DNA of 64,000 nucleotides. Source: Clostridia bacterium. GTDB lineage: Bacteria; Bacillota; Clostridia; Oscillospirales; CAG-272. Both the position numbers and the translations under genes were made by a program. The notes beneath the pieces are model-generated. The model was given only the letters and a program-made list of their open reading frames with translations, had not been told where the DNA came from and searched no databases. Positions 63,607 through 64,000 of this stretch are shown one piece after another; the stretch's first letter is position 1; each line of letters opens with the position of its first letter. The stretch is taken from NCBI GenBank assembly GCA_017537175.1, contig JAFYLH010000001.1, positions 15,387-79,386 of the forward strand, given 5' to 3'.

Positions 63607-64000
63607 TTATACATATTTATCTATAGTATATGTGTTTCCAATTATAACTGCCGCTTCGGCACGGGTACAGTTTCCCTTAGGGTTTATATATCCGTTATGT
63701 CCCTTAATAATGGGTTCTACGTTAATATGGCTTGTGGGATCGTGGGTTACTACCATACATATACCGGCAGAAAGTCTCATAGCGGGAATAGCATATGCAG
63801 AGATCTGCCTATAGTCCTTGAAGCCGTCTATAATATTGTTTCTGACGTAGATGCCGCTGTCACCGCTCGAAAGTCCCCATTTGACATCGTACAAACGGTA
63901 TATAAATGTTATAAAATCCTGTCTGGTGATATATTCGTTGACACCGAAGCGATCTTTGGTCACACCGCTGGTTATTCCCTTCTTGTACATCCATTCCACC
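63607..64000 (-). CDS. SLH-domain protein, C-terminal part (5' end outside the window)
   Basis: The frame is open to the window edge. SLH repeats are present (WMYKKGITSGVTKDRFG...TRQDFITFIY and TRAEAAVIIG). Confidence 0.7.
   Translation of the reverse strand, partial: VEWMYKKGITSGVTKDRFGVNEYITRQDFITFIYRLYDVKWGLSSGDSGIYVRNNIIDGFKDYRQISAYAIPAMRLSAGICMVVTHDPTSHINVEPIIKGHNGYINPKGNCTRAEAAVIIGNTYTIDKYV

Overview
This is a 64-kb chromosomal window, most likely from a Clostridia-class Firmicute. The taxon is inferred from the SCIFF/ScfB pair, the many SLH-domain surface proteins, and AGGAGG ribosome-binding sites with sigma-A-type promoters.

**Ordinary content**
- A complete Type I restriction-modification operon (hsdM-hsdS-hsdR), with two extra genes inserted before hsdR.
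- The SCIFF peptide with its radical-SAM maturase.
- purC and purF.
- A FecBCD/BtuCDF-type ABC importer.
- A seven-gene aromatic amino-acid operon (DAHP synthase, tyrA, aroB, aroA, aroC, pheA, aroE-aroK fusion) with a convergent aroQ.
- A parC-like topoisomerase subunit, Sua5/TsaC, prfA, tRNA-Glu(CUC) and an acyl-ACP thioesterase.
- A tandem array of SLH-domain surface-protein paralogues.

**Main finding**
The stand-out region is a ~17.7-kb minus-strand operon (16960-34691) between purC and purF.
- It combines a TasA/SipW-type fibre toolkit: two archaeal/ER-type signal peptidases and four small proteins, three of them with SipW-cognate-like N-termini.
- It also encodes two giant adhesin-like proteins and a degenerate EAL-domain protein.
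- Most unexpectedly, it carries a membrane-anchored McrB-like AAA+ NTPase and a partner protein. The partner's C-terminal half is a 72-bp tandem-repeat K/E/A-rich coiled coil, and its stop codon overlaps the start of the second signal peptidase.

**Other items worth a second look**
- A DUF4238 gene plus a 58-aa ORF, with the DUF4238 stop overlapping the hsdR start.
- A Phe/Tyr-rich leader peptide with terminator and antiterminator upstream of the aro operon.
- Two tandem ~200-250-bp structured modules next to tRNA-Glu, each reusing the 18-19-nt tRNA 3' end and carrying its own terminator hairpin.
- A family of heptamer-like hairpin and inverted repeats in intergenic regions.

**Limits**
No CRISPR array, transposase or integrase was seen. 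All family assignments come from motif recognition by eye; no database search was run.
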